DNA of 32,000 nt, from the NCBI GenBank assembly GCA_016188675.1, contig JACPHJ010000152.1, positions 39,372 to 71,371 of the forward strand, given 5' to 3'. This document shows, piece by piece, positions 19,134-28,040 of this stretch. Numbering within the stretch: position 1 is the first letter of the stretch; each line of letters starts with the position of its first letter. The notes below the pieces were generated by a model. It saw nothing but the letters and a program-made list of their open reading frames with translations. It was not told the origin of the DNA and ran no database searches. Made by a program: the position numbers and the translations under genes. Source of the stretch: Planctomycetota bacterium (GTDB taxonomy: Bacteria > Planctomycetota > Brocadiia > Brocadiales > Brocadiaceae).

Positions 19134-19163
19134 TGTAGTGGCAAGGCGCGCCTTGCCACTACA
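19134..19163. repeat. 30-bp perfect palindrome
   Basis: TGTAGTGGCAAGGCG|CGCCTTGCCACTACA, no mismatch and no spacer. Confidence 0.95.
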
Positions 19164-19581
19164 ATGTTGTTAGTTGCCGAAGACCTTAATTATAAAGGGA
19201 AATTTCTTTGAATTAGTAACGAACGCTTACGCAACAAAAAAAAGAATACCACCATGCCGGATAATAAAGCAAGAAATTTTCCAGGTGGTAGTTTATATTT
19301 ATGACAAGACTTTTAAGATAGAATTTAACGTGGCAATTTACCACGCTGCCTCAAGAGATAAATACATATTCAGCCATTATCAGCTATTATGAAAGTGGGA
19401 AAAATATTCCTACTGCATATATAATCGCGACTTTTTACCTAGAAAATCACGGTTGTGGCACGCTAATCATACTTTTGGCATAATATTTGAGCTGTTTTTC
19501 TTTACTCGCATTTTGACCACACCTGAGATTTTGCTTTCATTTAACGTTTGTTCAGCAGTCTTAAAATCAAAGGAGAGAAAT

Positions 19582-20973
19582 ATGGCGCAGTCCGATGATA
19601 CAGACAAATACCTTTCAGTCAAGGTCTCTGACGACCTTATGAAGGTCTATTTAACGGTAAAACCCTTTGCAAAAGGGGGCGTTGATATCAACGTAAATGA
19701 CGTAATTCAAACCCTGCAGTCGAAAAATATTTCCTATGGAATAAAGGAAGAGGTTATCATGGCTACCCTGGATAAAGCCAGATTAAAAGACAGTGCCGTG
19801 GAGGATGTACTTATAGCAGAAGGAGACCAAACGATTTTTGGTGAAGACGGCAGGCTTGAATTTTTGTTTGACGTAGACAAGAAAATCAAGCCTCAAGAGG
19901 GCGCTCATGGTAAGATTGATTTTCACGAAGTGAGTATTATTGAGAATGTTGAAAAGGATCAACCCCTGGTAAAATTAATAGATCCAACTACCGGGAAGCC
20001 TGGGAAAAACGTATTTGGGAAAATGCTTAGCCCTGTACATGGGAAACCATGTGTACTCCCAATCGGTGAAAATACCAGGGTATCTGAGAAGGACTCGAAA
20101 TTGTTGGTATCCTGTGTCAGTGGAAATGTACGATATGCCGGTGGTGTTGTCTCTGTAAAGTCTTGCTGTACGGTCGAAAAGGACGTTGATTTTGGCGTGG
20201 GTAATATCACAAGCAAAGGAACTGTCGTTGTCAAAGGAAACGTAAGAAGCGGGTTTATTGTAGATGCGGTAGGAGATGTGGAGATTTGGGGTACGGTAGA
20301 AGATTCAATAATAAAGTCAAAGGGCAACGTCCTGATAAAAGGCGGTTTTATTGGTTCTGGTAAGGGAAAACTTGAGGCGGAGGGAGATGTAACCATTGGC
20401 TTTGCCAGGAATCAGACAATTGTGGCAACTAATGTAATAATATTACGAGAGGCAGTTGATTGTACAATCTATGCTAAAAATACCGTGAAGGTGACCGGGG
20501 ATAAGATATCCATCGAAGGTGGAATAACAACCTCAGGCGCAGTAATTGAAGTCGAATCATTGGGAAGTAAAAATGAGGTTCACACAGACATAGAAGTCGG
20601 CACTAACTACGCTGCACAGCAAAGTCAAATGAATACAAGGAGAGAGGTGAGTGGCTTAAAAGCTATTCTGAAAACGGTTGAAAAAGAACTCAACACATTG
20701 CATGCAATGAAGAAAGTGAAGGGGGAACTTCCGGCACAGTACATAAACACATTTGATCACCTCCTTTCCCGCAGGGAAGAGATAGTGAAAAAATTAAAAG
20801 ACCTTGCGAGCGAAGAAATAGTAGCTGTTAACAACGAAGCCAAAGTAGTGGTCAATAAGGTCGTTCATCCGGGAGTAGAGATTACGATTGGGGAATCAAC
20901 AATGACCATTCTTGAGGAATATAAAAAGACAACGTTCTATTTATCAGGAGATGAGATAAAAATCAAAAAATGA
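19582..20973 (+). CDS. FapA/DUF342-family polymer-forming protein
   Basis: DVIQTLQSKNISYGIKE..., AEGDQTIFGEDGRLEFLFD, VEKDQPLVKLIDPTTGKPGKNVFGKML, then a right-handed repeat-type segment (GNITSKGTVVVKGNVRSGFIVDAVGDVEIWGTVEDSIIKSKGNVLIKGGFIGSGKGKLEAEGDVTI). ATG at 19582 follows AGGAGAG. Confidence 0.88.
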   Translation: MAQSDDTDKYLSVKVSDDLMKVYLTVKPFAKGGVDINVNDVIQTLQSKNISYGIKEEVIMATLDKARLKDSAVEDVLIAEGDQTIFGEDGRLEFLFDVDKKIKPQEGAHGKIDFHEVSIIENVEKDQPLVKLIDPTTGKPGKNVFGKMLSPVHGKPCVLPIGENTRVSEKDSKLLVSCVSGNVRYAGGVVSVKSCCTVEKDVDFGVGNITSKGTVVVKGNVRSGFIVDAVGDVEIWGTVEDSIIKSKGNVLIKGGFIGSGKGKLEAEGDVTIGFARNQTIVATNVIILREAVDCTIYAKNTVKVTGDKISIEGGITTSGAVIEVESLGSKNEVHTDIEVGTNYAAQQSQMNTRREVSGLKAILKTVEKELNTLHAMKKVKGELPAQYINTFDHLLSRREEIVKKLKDLASEEIVAVNNEAKVVVNKVVHPGVEITIGESTMTILEEYKKTTFYLSGDEIKIKK

Positions 20974-21001
20974 GCTTGTTATAGAAAATAGCCACAAAGT
21001 C

Positions 21002-21046
21002 ACCGGATCAGCCAGAGCACGGTGCTCCATGCCCTCCTTTGCCGGT
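21002..21046. repeat. Nested inverted repeat downstream of the DUF342 gene
   Basis: Inner GAGCAC-G-GTGCTC (21015-21027) enclosed by ACCGG (21002-21006) and CCGGT (21042-21046). Confidence 0.45.
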
Positions 21047-21419
21047 TCACCAATCCTTTATTATTGAATCACTATATCCCGCAATCTTTTTTTACAACAG
21101 AGCCGATTGAGTCGATACTGGAGTCACTTCCAAAAAAAGACGCTGTTTGTTTGTTTTCAGGATAAACTTGACAAAAATTGTTGAGGTTCTTATAATTCCA
21201 ACATGCCTGAAATGGTATAATTGCAGGCAGGATGCTGAAATGATGCCAAAAACAAGTTATATTGAATCTGCTAAACATTTTTTGAAAAACACATAGAATT
21301 TTGTACAATCCACATCAACTTACTCTTTTATCCTTGCGGAAAACATCCGTTATTGGCGTAGCAACGATTAAAGGGTCAACCTTTATAAACACCATCAAAA
21401 GATAATTTATAGAAAAAGC

Positions 21420-23444
21420 ATGAGCAAACTATTTGACAAAATACATATCGGCCAAATGACATTGAAAAACAGGATAATCATGTCCGCCATGGACCTGGGT
21501 TTTACTTCAGATGGCGCCATTAACGACCAGATTATCAACTTTTATATTGAGCGGGCAAAAGGGGGGGTAGGTCTTATTGTTGTTGGGGGTTGTTATCCCG
21601 AAATGAATGGCAAGGTCTGGAAGAGCATCATTGGGCTGGACAAGGACGAACTTATCCCCGGATTAAAAAGATTGACCGATGCAATTCGCCAGTATGACGT
21701 TCGTGTGGCCGCACAACTCCTTCATGCCGGTCGAAGCGCTTCATCCTTTTTCACAAAAATGCAGCCTGTTGCGCCGTCTGCCGTGGCATATAGAAGCATC
21801 AAAGAAGAGCCTCATGCCCTGACAATCCCTGAGATCAAAACGGTTATAAATAATTATGCAGGCGCCGCACTCAGGGCAAAAAAGGCCGGTTTTGATGCCG
21901 TGGAACTTCACGGTGGAATGGGTTATCTCATCAATCAGTTTCTTTCAAAGGCTACCAATAAACGCAACGACGAATATGGTGGAAGCCTTGAAAACAGAGT
22001 TCGTTTTGCGAAGGAAATGATTCTCGCGATAAAAGAAACTGTTGGAAAGGATTATCCCATCATCTTTCGAATGTCGGGAGACGACCTTGTAGAAGAAGGA
22101 CTAAAGATTGACGAAAGCGTTGAAATTGCCAAAATCCTTGAACAGGCAGGCGCCGACGCCTTTAACGTCTCTCCAGGCTGGCACGAAAGCAAGACCCCCA
22201 TTATGTTGATGTCTATTCCCAGGATGGCTTATGCATATCTTTCCGCGAAAGTTAAATCTCAGGTTACGGTTCCCGTGATTGCCTCGGTGCGGATAAACGA
22301 CCTCGAATTGGCAGAAGAAATATTGGATAATGAACAGGCGGATTTCGTGTCAATCGGTAGACCACTGATTGTTGATCCGGAACTGCCAAATAAATATAAA
22401 AATGGACAGTTTAATGATATCAGAACGTGTATTGCCTGTAATCAGGGGTGCTTTGATTCTTTGTTAAACTTTAAACACGTTTCCTGCACATATAATGCGA
22501 TGGTGGGACACGAAGGTGAATATAAAATAACCAAAACGGATAAACCAAAAAAGGTTGCAGTGGTGGGCGGTGGACCCGGTGGTATGGAGGCAGCCCGTGT
22601 CCTGGCATTGAGGGGACACCGTGTGACGCTGTACGAGAAAAATAATCAACTGGGCGGTCAATTGCGATATGCCTATATTCCTCCAGGACGAGAAGAAATA
22701 CAGAATATCATCACATATCTGGAAAGACAAATTTCAAAGCTCAAAGTAAACATAAAAATGGGAAGAGAGGCAGATTTGCAGACATTAGAGGAAGAACACC
22801 CTGACGCAGTAATCGTAGCTACAGGCGGACGCCCAATAATGCTCAATCTACCCGGAATAAAAGGAGAAAACGTTTATATTGCCGGCAGTGTGTTGGAAGG
22901 GAAAGTAACAACAGGGAAGGACGTCGTCATCATTGGCGGCGGAACGGTTGGATGTGAGGTGGCTTTGTATGTGGCCAAACAGGGAGCAATGAGGCCGGAT
23001 GTCGCCTGTTTTCTCCTTAAACATAAGGTGCTTGACGCCAAAGATATTGTTGAATTTACTTCGAAGGGAAACAGAAATATTACGCTCCTGGAAATGAAAA
23101 AAAAGGTGGGTGGTGGATTTGGTTTCTCCACACGATGGGTTATCCTCAATGAGCTGAAAGATGCAGGGATAAAAGAAATAACAGAGGTAAAGGTAAAAGA
23201 AATTATAAATAACCACGATGAAAATGGTCATAAAAATAGGGGAGTTGTGTACGAAAAGGACGGTCAGGAACATTTCATCAAGGCAGATACCGTAGTCATT
23301 GCCGTGGGATACGGGTCTAATAACGAACTCCAGAAACAGGTGGAAGGAAAATTTCCAGAAACTTACTTTATCGGAGACTGTGTCAAGGTGCGCACCGCAT
23401 TAGAAGCTATTCACGAAGGTTTTAAAGCAGCATTAAAAATATAG
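21420..23444 (+). CDS. NADH:flavin oxidoreductase / 2,4-dienoyl-CoA reductase-like Fe-S flavoenzyme (old yellow enzyme N-domain plus pyridine-nucleotide oxidoreductase domain)
   Basis: LFDKIHIGQMTLKNRIIMSAM, GVGLIVVGG, LINQFLSKATNKRNDEYGGSLENRVRF; Fe-S motif CIACNQGC-x11-C; Rossmann motifs VAVVGGGPGGMEAARVLALRGHRVTLYEK and VVIIGGGTVGCEVA. Confidence 0.93.
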   Translation: MSKLFDKIHIGQMTLKNRIIMSAMDLGFTSDGAINDQIINFYIERAKGGVGLIVVGGCYPEMNGKVWKSIIGLDKDELIPGLKRLTDAIRQYDVRVAAQLLHAGRSASSFFTKMQPVAPSAVAYRSIKEEPHALTIPEIKTVINNYAGAALRAKKAGFDAVELHGGMGYLINQFLSKATNKRNDEYGGSLENRVRFAKEMILAIKETVGKDYPIIFRMSGDDLVEEGLKIDESVEIAKILEQAGADAFNVSPGWHESKTPIMLMSIPRMAYAYLSAKVKSQVTVPVIASVRINDLELAEEILDNEQADFVSIGRPLIVDPELPNKYKNGQFNDIRTCIACNQGCFDSLLNFKHVSCTYNAMVGHEGEYKITKTDKPKKVAVVGGGPGGMEAARVLALRGHRVTLYEKNNQLGGQLRYAYIPPGREEIQNIITYLERQISKLKVNIKMGREADLQTLEEEHPDAVIVATGGRPIMLNLPGIKGENVYIAGSVLEGKVTTGKDVVIIGGGTVGCEVALYVAKQGAMRPDVACFLLKHKVLDAKDIVEFTSKGNRNITLLEMKKKVGGGFGFSTRWVILNELKDAGIKEITEVKVKEIINNHDENGHKNRGVVYEKDGQEHFIKADTVVIAVGYGSNNELQKQVEGKFPETYFIGDCVKVRTALEAIHEGFKAALKI

Positions 23445-23486
23445 AAATATGGCAAACATAAGCAAGTATTCTGAGGTTTTCTTGCA

Positions 23487-24293
23487 ATGAAAGATATTCG
23501 CATGAATCGTGGTGATAACTCCGGTTATAACAACATCGAGTTTGAAGAAATTTCTGGAGATAATGGCAAGGCTGTTGGCATTATCTACATGAAGAAACCA
23601 CCGCGAAACTCCATTGGATCATGGCTTCTCGACGCCATCTACAATAAAATGGATCAATACGAGGGCGATGATAAAATCGGAGCTATCGTTATTGCAAGCA
23701 AACTCAGAGGTGTCTTCAGCGACGGCGCAGACCGTGACGAACTCTTTGGCTCATGGATATCAGGACTTGTTGCAGAAAAGAACTATGAACGATTCCACCG
23801 CGCCCATGAGATGTTCGTGGAAATTGAAAATTGCAAAAAGCCCGTTGTTGCCGCTATTAACGGCGTTACTATCGGCGCAGGCCTGGAACTCGCCATGTTG
23901 TGTGACCTGCGTATTGCATCAGAACTTTCCTTCTTTAGCCTTCCGGAAGCAAAACCGGAACTCAGCATTATTCCCGGCCTGGGTGGTACTCAGCGTTTGC
24001 CTCGTTATATTGGCGCTGCACGCGCCAAGGAAATGCTGTTCCTGGGCAAGATGATCCGTGCCGAGACGGCATTGGAGTGGGGTCTCATTAACCAGATTGC
24101 GCCGCATAAAGAAGTGTTAGACCAAACCATAGAGATTGCAAAAATTCTCTTAGAACGTGATGCACGTGCGTTAAAGGAAATGAAAAAGTGTATTAACTTT
24201 GCCGTAGAGAATGATATCCTGAAGGGCATCGAATATGAGGTAGGTCTCTTTGCTGAGATGATGCGATTGAAGCTTTTACATAAAAGTAAATAA
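23487..24293 (+). CDS. Enoyl-CoA hydratase/isomerase (crotonase) family protein
   Basis: KKPVVAAINGVTIGAGLELAMLCDLRIASELSFFSLPEAKPELSIIPGLGGTQRLPRYIG, ALEWGLINQIAP. Confidence 0.92.
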   Translation: MKDIRMNRGDNSGYNNIEFEEISGDNGKAVGIIYMKKPPRNSIGSWLLDAIYNKMDQYEGDDKIGAIVIASKLRGVFSDGADRDELFGSWISGLVAEKNYERFHRAHEMFVEIENCKKPVVAAINGVTIGAGLELAMLCDLRIASELSFFSLPEAKPELSIIPGLGGTQRLPRYIGAARAKEMLFLGKMIRAETALEWGLINQIAPHKEVLDQTIEIAKILLERDARALKEMKKCINFAVENDILKGIEYEVGLFAEMMRLKLLHKSK

Positions 24294-24309
24294 GGCGTTG
24301 AAATTATTT

Positions 24310-24560
24310 TTAAAAGAAAACAAAAAGAGTACCAACAATTGCCCAGAATTGACCAAAGATAAAAATAAACATCCATTTAGTAATCCCAGACCTGACTTTA
24401 CCAATTTCTTCAGCAACCTTCTTTCGAATTTTTCCTCTACGAGGACAATTATATCTTCTTTACTTTTTTCTTCAGATTTATTGATAATCTCTACCAAGGC
24501 ATCTGCGCCTTCATCGGTGAGTTTTTCACGCAAAACTTTAGGTATTGTAATTACTGCCAT
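24310..24560 (-). pseudogene. Small coiled-coil plus C-terminal TM protein with single-nucleotide frameshift (pseudogene, sequence error or programmed shift)
   Basis: Frame 1 gives MAVITIPKVLREKLTDEGADALVEIINKSEEKSKEDIIVLVEEKFERR. Shifting by -1 at AGAAGG|TTGCTG yields VAEEIGKVRSGITKWMFIFIFGQFWAIVGTLFVFF*, a hydrophobic C-terminal helix. Together 83 aa. The ATG at 24560 is preceded by AGGAG. Confidence 0.7.
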
Positions 24561-24746
24561 AAGTGCTCCTTTTTGATGAGATTTATTGTAGTGAGCCTAT
24601 CACGTTCTCTCTATACTGTCAAGATGTATTGCTTGGCCTCAGGCCACATTTTTTGCCTTGCATTTCAAAATCCATTTCTTTACTATACCACATCAAAACA
24701 ATTGATAAATTGAAACAGGAAACTTACTTATTAAGGAGGATATTGC

Positions 24747-25490
24747 GTGGAATTTAAGGATAAGGTGGCAATCGTCACAGGTGGCACAAGAGGGATAGGA
24801 CGGGCAATCGCACTGGAACTGGCAAAGAACGGCTGCAACATCGCTTTTAATTATAGTAAAAGCGCTGATGCAGCAACTGCATTGGTAAAGGAAATCGAAA
24901 CCCTGGGCGTGAAAGCCTTTTCTTTACAGGTTGATGCCGCCAGTTTAGAGGGTGCAAAAAATATGATAAAAGAGGTCAAGGAAAAGTTTGGGAAAATTGA
25001 CTTTCTGGTAAACAATGCAGGAATTACCCGAGATAAACTCCTGGCCTTGATGGCAGAGAGTGACTGGGATGACGTCATCAATACCAATCTCAAGAGCGTG
25101 TATAATTTTTCAAAGGCGGTTATTACCCAGATGATCAAGCAAAAGGCAGGCAGTATCCTTAATATAACCTCTGTAAGCGGAATAATCGGGATGGCAGGCC
25201 AGGTTAACTATTCTTCCTCAAAGGCAGGCATGATCGGTTTTACGAAGGCGCTTGCAAAGGAGGTTGGAAAGGTAAATGTCACCGTAAATGCCATTGCCTG
25301 CGGTTTTATTGAAACCGATATGACAGCTGTGCTGCCCCAGGAATACAAAGATAAGGTAATCGAAATGATCCCCGTGAGAAGATTCGGCAAGGCCGAAGAG
25401 GTTGCAAAAACAGCGGTATTTTTGTTGTCTGACAATGCGAGATATATTACCGGCCATGTTATTAGTGTAGACGGCGGTTTGGCGATATAA
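24747..25490 (+). CDS. fabG: 3-oxoacyl-[acyl-carrier-protein] reductase (SDR)
   Basis: KVAIVTGGTRGIGRAIALELAKNG, NNAGITRD, NITSVSGIIGMAGQVNYSSSKAGMIGFTKALAKE (YxxxK), AVFLLSDNARYITGHVISVDGG; GTG start. Confidence 0.95.
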   Translation: MEFKDKVAIVTGGTRGIGRAIALELAKNGCNIAFNYSKSADAATALVKEIETLGVKAFSLQVDAASLEGAKNMIKEVKEKFGKIDFLVNNAGITRDKLLALMAESDWDDVINTNLKSVYNFSKAVITQMIKQKAGSILNITSVSGIIGMAGQVNYSSSKAGMIGFTKALAKEVGKVNVTVNAIACGFIETDMTAVLPQEYKDKVIEMIPVRRFGKAEEVAKTAVFLLSDNARYITGHVISVDGGLAI

Positions 25491-25507
25491 GAATATTGAT
25501 ATAAACT

Positions 25508-25708
25508 CACCGCAAAGGCGCAAAGAACGCAAAGAAAGTTGTTAGTTGTAAGATTTAAGTTAAACCCGCAATTGCTAAGTTGATGTATAGGAATTTCAAA
25601 CACCCCCATAATCCCCCCGTAAACGGAGGGAAACAGGGGGGTAGCTGAAGGCCTAACTTACAACTTTGAACTGTTTTAAAACTTTGCGTCCTTCGTGCCT
25701 TTGCGGTG
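25508..25708. repeat. About 201-bp nested inverted-repeat (MITE-like) element
   Basis: CACCGCAAAGGCGCAAAGAACGCAAAG (25508-25534) inverted as CTTTGCGTCCTTCGTGCCTTTGCGGTG (25682-25708), 24/27 matching. Inner inverted AGTTGTAAG (25544-25552)/CTTACAACT (25657-25665) and central C-run/G-run hairpin (25613-25630). Confidence 0.75.
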
Positions 25709-25742
25709 AAAAGGACTTTTAAAAACGAAAGGGTAGAAAGCT

Positions 25743-26054
25743 ATGTTATTTCTTTTAAAGGTTGAGGTAAAACAGATGCCCCAGATGCCTGTAAAGGACT
25801 TTCTGGGATACGTAATACGGGAGTGGGAGTATTTTTCACGATTTCAGCGGCGCGGCAAGATATTGGCAGGCGGAAAGCTGTCCGGCAGGCGCGGAGCTGC
25901 CGCTATTATTGACGCTGAGTCCAACGAAGAAATGGAAGAGATCGTCTCTAAATTGCCCCTTTTCCCATTTTTTACCGATATCGAAATTACACCCCTCGTG
26001 CCGATGGAAAAGGCACTGCTGGATACCAAGAGAATTCATTCTCTCATGAAGTAA
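25743..26054 (+). CDS. Muconolactone delta-isomerase-like (MIase/ferredoxin-like fold) small protein
   Basis: MLFLLKVEVK ... FQRRGKILAGGKLSGRRGAAAIIDAESNEEMEEIVSKLPLFPFFTDIEITPLVPMEKAL resembles the MIase family fold pattern; true function unknown. Confidence 0.6.
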   Translation: MLFLLKVEVKQMPQMPVKDFLGYVIREWEYFSRFQRRGKILAGGKLSGRRGAAAIIDAESNEEMEEIVSKLPLFPFFTDIEITPLVPMEKALLDTKRIHSLMK

Positions 26055-26093
26055 AATTAACACTAATTAAGATTATTGATATCCTTTTAAAGA

Positions 26094-27533
26094 ATGAAAA
26101 AACTACTAAAAACAATTTCAATTATTATCGTACTGTTTCTTTCTGCCCAATGCATATATGCCCAGGAAATAACTGAAGCAGAATATCTCCAGCTAAAAAA
26201 CAGGCTCAAGTCAGACTTCATGCAAAAGTTAAAAGAAGAAATTAAAAATGAACTCACCGAGGAATTACAAGAGAAAATTAAAAAAGAGTTCATCGAGGAA
26301 TTGAAGGCCGAGTACACGATAGAACCAAAACAAAAGCTGGTAACTGCAAAACCAGAAACCACAATTGAGATAAATAATCCACAGAAAGAATCAAAAGAGG
26401 TTTATACACAGAAAGGAGAGACTATCAAAAATACAGAATACCCGAAAGAGGTTGGGGAAATAGAATTGGATAAGGCAAGATATAAACTGGGTGAGGGGCT
26501 TACCTTCGGCGAACAACTCCTGGTCATCCGGGGCTTTGGAAATGTTAATGCGCGGTACAGGGATAATAACCCCAGCGAAAGATTCGAAAGCGGCGATAAC
26601 TTCTTTTCACTCGGTGAATTTGATCTGTTTATGACGTCAAAACTCAGTAACCGCATATCCTTCCTTAATGAAACTGTGTTTGAGTTTGACCGAGGAGAAA
26701 ATACTGAAGAACGCACAGAGCCGATTGAAATAGACATAGAGCGATTATTAATTCATTACGACATTAATAACCTTCTGAAAATCGATGTAGGAAAATTCTT
26801 CCTCCCGCTTGGATACTGGATACCAACTTACAATCACGGGGTCTGGTTTCAGACAACCATGGATAGACCAGATATAGTCAATTTTCAGGATAAAGGCGGT
26901 CCTATGCCAACGCATGATACAGGCATAAAAATATACGGTAGTGCCTTGCTGGAAGGTTTTGACCTGAATTACGCATGCGCAATTAGTAACGGAAGGGGAG
27001 TCAATACAACTCAAAGACAGAATTTTAGAGATATAAATGATAAAAAGGCTATAAGTTTACAACTGGATATACAGCCCCATATACTTGAAGGTGTACGGCT
27101 GGGTCCGAGTGTCTATTACGATGTAATACCTGAAGATAAAACCGAACCAAACAGGGAAAATGAACTCAGGGAAATTATTTATGGCGGGCATATTGTTTAT
27201 ACCTTTAGGAATATCGATCTGTTAACGGAGGTATTTGAAATAAATCACGATGAATTTTCAGGCGGTGTATTTAATACGATCGGTGGATATGCACAATTTG
27301 CATATACTATTAACAAATTTAAACCGTACTACAGATATGATTATATTGACTACAGCAATGATGACCCATTCTATCGAGAAAGCGAACTTGATTTCCTTGA
27401 TACGAGTAAACATACCATAGGGTTACGATATGAACTCTCACACTTTAACGCATTAAAATTTGAATATTCACACGGTGTATTTGATGATAAAGATGTAAAC
27501 GTTATAGGACTGCAGACGACATTTTCATTTTAA
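26094..27533 (+). CDS. Outer-membrane porin-like beta-barrel protein with N-terminal coiled coil
   Basis: Signal peptide, Lys/Glu-rich coiled coil, then GFGNVNARYRDNN..., DIERLLIHYDINNLLKIDVGKFFLPLGYWIPTYNHGVWFQTTMDRP, NGRGVNTTQ..., alternating barrel strands, terminal ...VIGLQTTFSF. Confidence 0.8.
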   Translation: MKKLLKTISIIIVLFLSAQCIYAQEITEAEYLQLKNRLKSDFMQKLKEEIKNELTEELQEKIKKEFIEELKAEYTIEPKQKLVTAKPETTIEINNPQKESKEVYTQKGETIKNTEYPKEVGEIELDKARYKLGEGLTFGEQLLVIRGFGNVNARYRDNNPSERFESGDNFFSLGEFDLFMTSKLSNRISFLNETVFEFDRGENTEERTEPIEIDIERLLIHYDINNLLKIDVGKFFLPLGYWIPTYNHGVWFQTTMDRPDIVNFQDKGGPMPTHDTGIKIYGSALLEGFDLNYACAISNGRGVNTTQRQNFRDINDKKAISLQLDIQPHILEGVRLGPSVYYDVIPEDKTEPNRENELREIIYGGHIVYTFRNIDLLTEVFEINHDEFSGGVFNTIGGYAQFAYTINKFKPYYRYDYIDYSNDDPFYRESELDFLDTSKHTIGLRYELSHFNALKFEYSHGVFDDKDVNVIGLQTTFSF

Positions 27534-27541
27534 CAAAATCA

Positions 27542-28006
27542 ATGAGACTGGTATCAATCACAGTGCTTGTATTTACGGTTATCTTTGTAACAAATACCTG
27601 TGCAGACATTGCCGTTATCGTTAACAAATCAAATCCTGTATCAGATATTTCTTACAATGAACTAAAACAAATTCTGGAGGCAAGGAAACAATACTGGAAT
27701 AATGGCGAGAAAATTACCCTTATTTTTAAGGCAATCACATCTTCTGAAACGCGTTTGTTGATAGATAAGATATATAAAATAAAGTATGAGGATTTTGACA
27801 AATACTGGTTTTTAAAGGCATATGACAATAAAATAATGGAATTCCCAAAGATATTAGGCTCTGCCGGGACAATAAACATACTTGTTTCGGAAATTCCCGG
27901 AGCAATAGCCTTTATTGGCATAAATGATGTATCCAGACGTGGAAATGTTAAGACACTCATGATTGATGGAAAATTGCCTGATGAAGATGGCTATCCGTTG
28001 AAATAA
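27542..28006 (+). CDS. Small PstS-like periplasmic substrate-binding-type protein
   Basis: Signal peptide; DIAVIVNKSNPVSDISYNELKQILEARKQYWNNGEKITLIFK ... YWFLKAYDNKIMEFPKILGSAGTINILVSEIPGAIAFIGINDV is typical of PstS-like/PBP-like family. Confidence 0.75.
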   Translation: MRLVSITVLVFTVIFVTNTCADIAVIVNKSNPVSDISYNELKQILEARKQYWNNGEKITLIFKAITSSETRLLIDKIYKIKYEDFDKYWFLKAYDNKIMEFPKILGSAGTINILVSEIPGAIAFIGINDVSRRGNVKTLMIDGKLPDEDGYPLK

Positions 28007-28040
28007 GAATGTCGAATCATCTACTATGGAGAAGTAAGAC

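Noticed and set aside
21002-21046. Possible riboswitch (GEMM-like) in the gap before the flavoenzyme gene
   Set aside because: Inverted repeats exist, but I could not match the conserved core of any riboswitch class I can recall; kept only as an inverted repeat.
24298-24576. 92-aa plus-strand ORF after the crotonase gene
   Set aside because: Antisense to the more convincing reverse-strand small gene (24310-24560).
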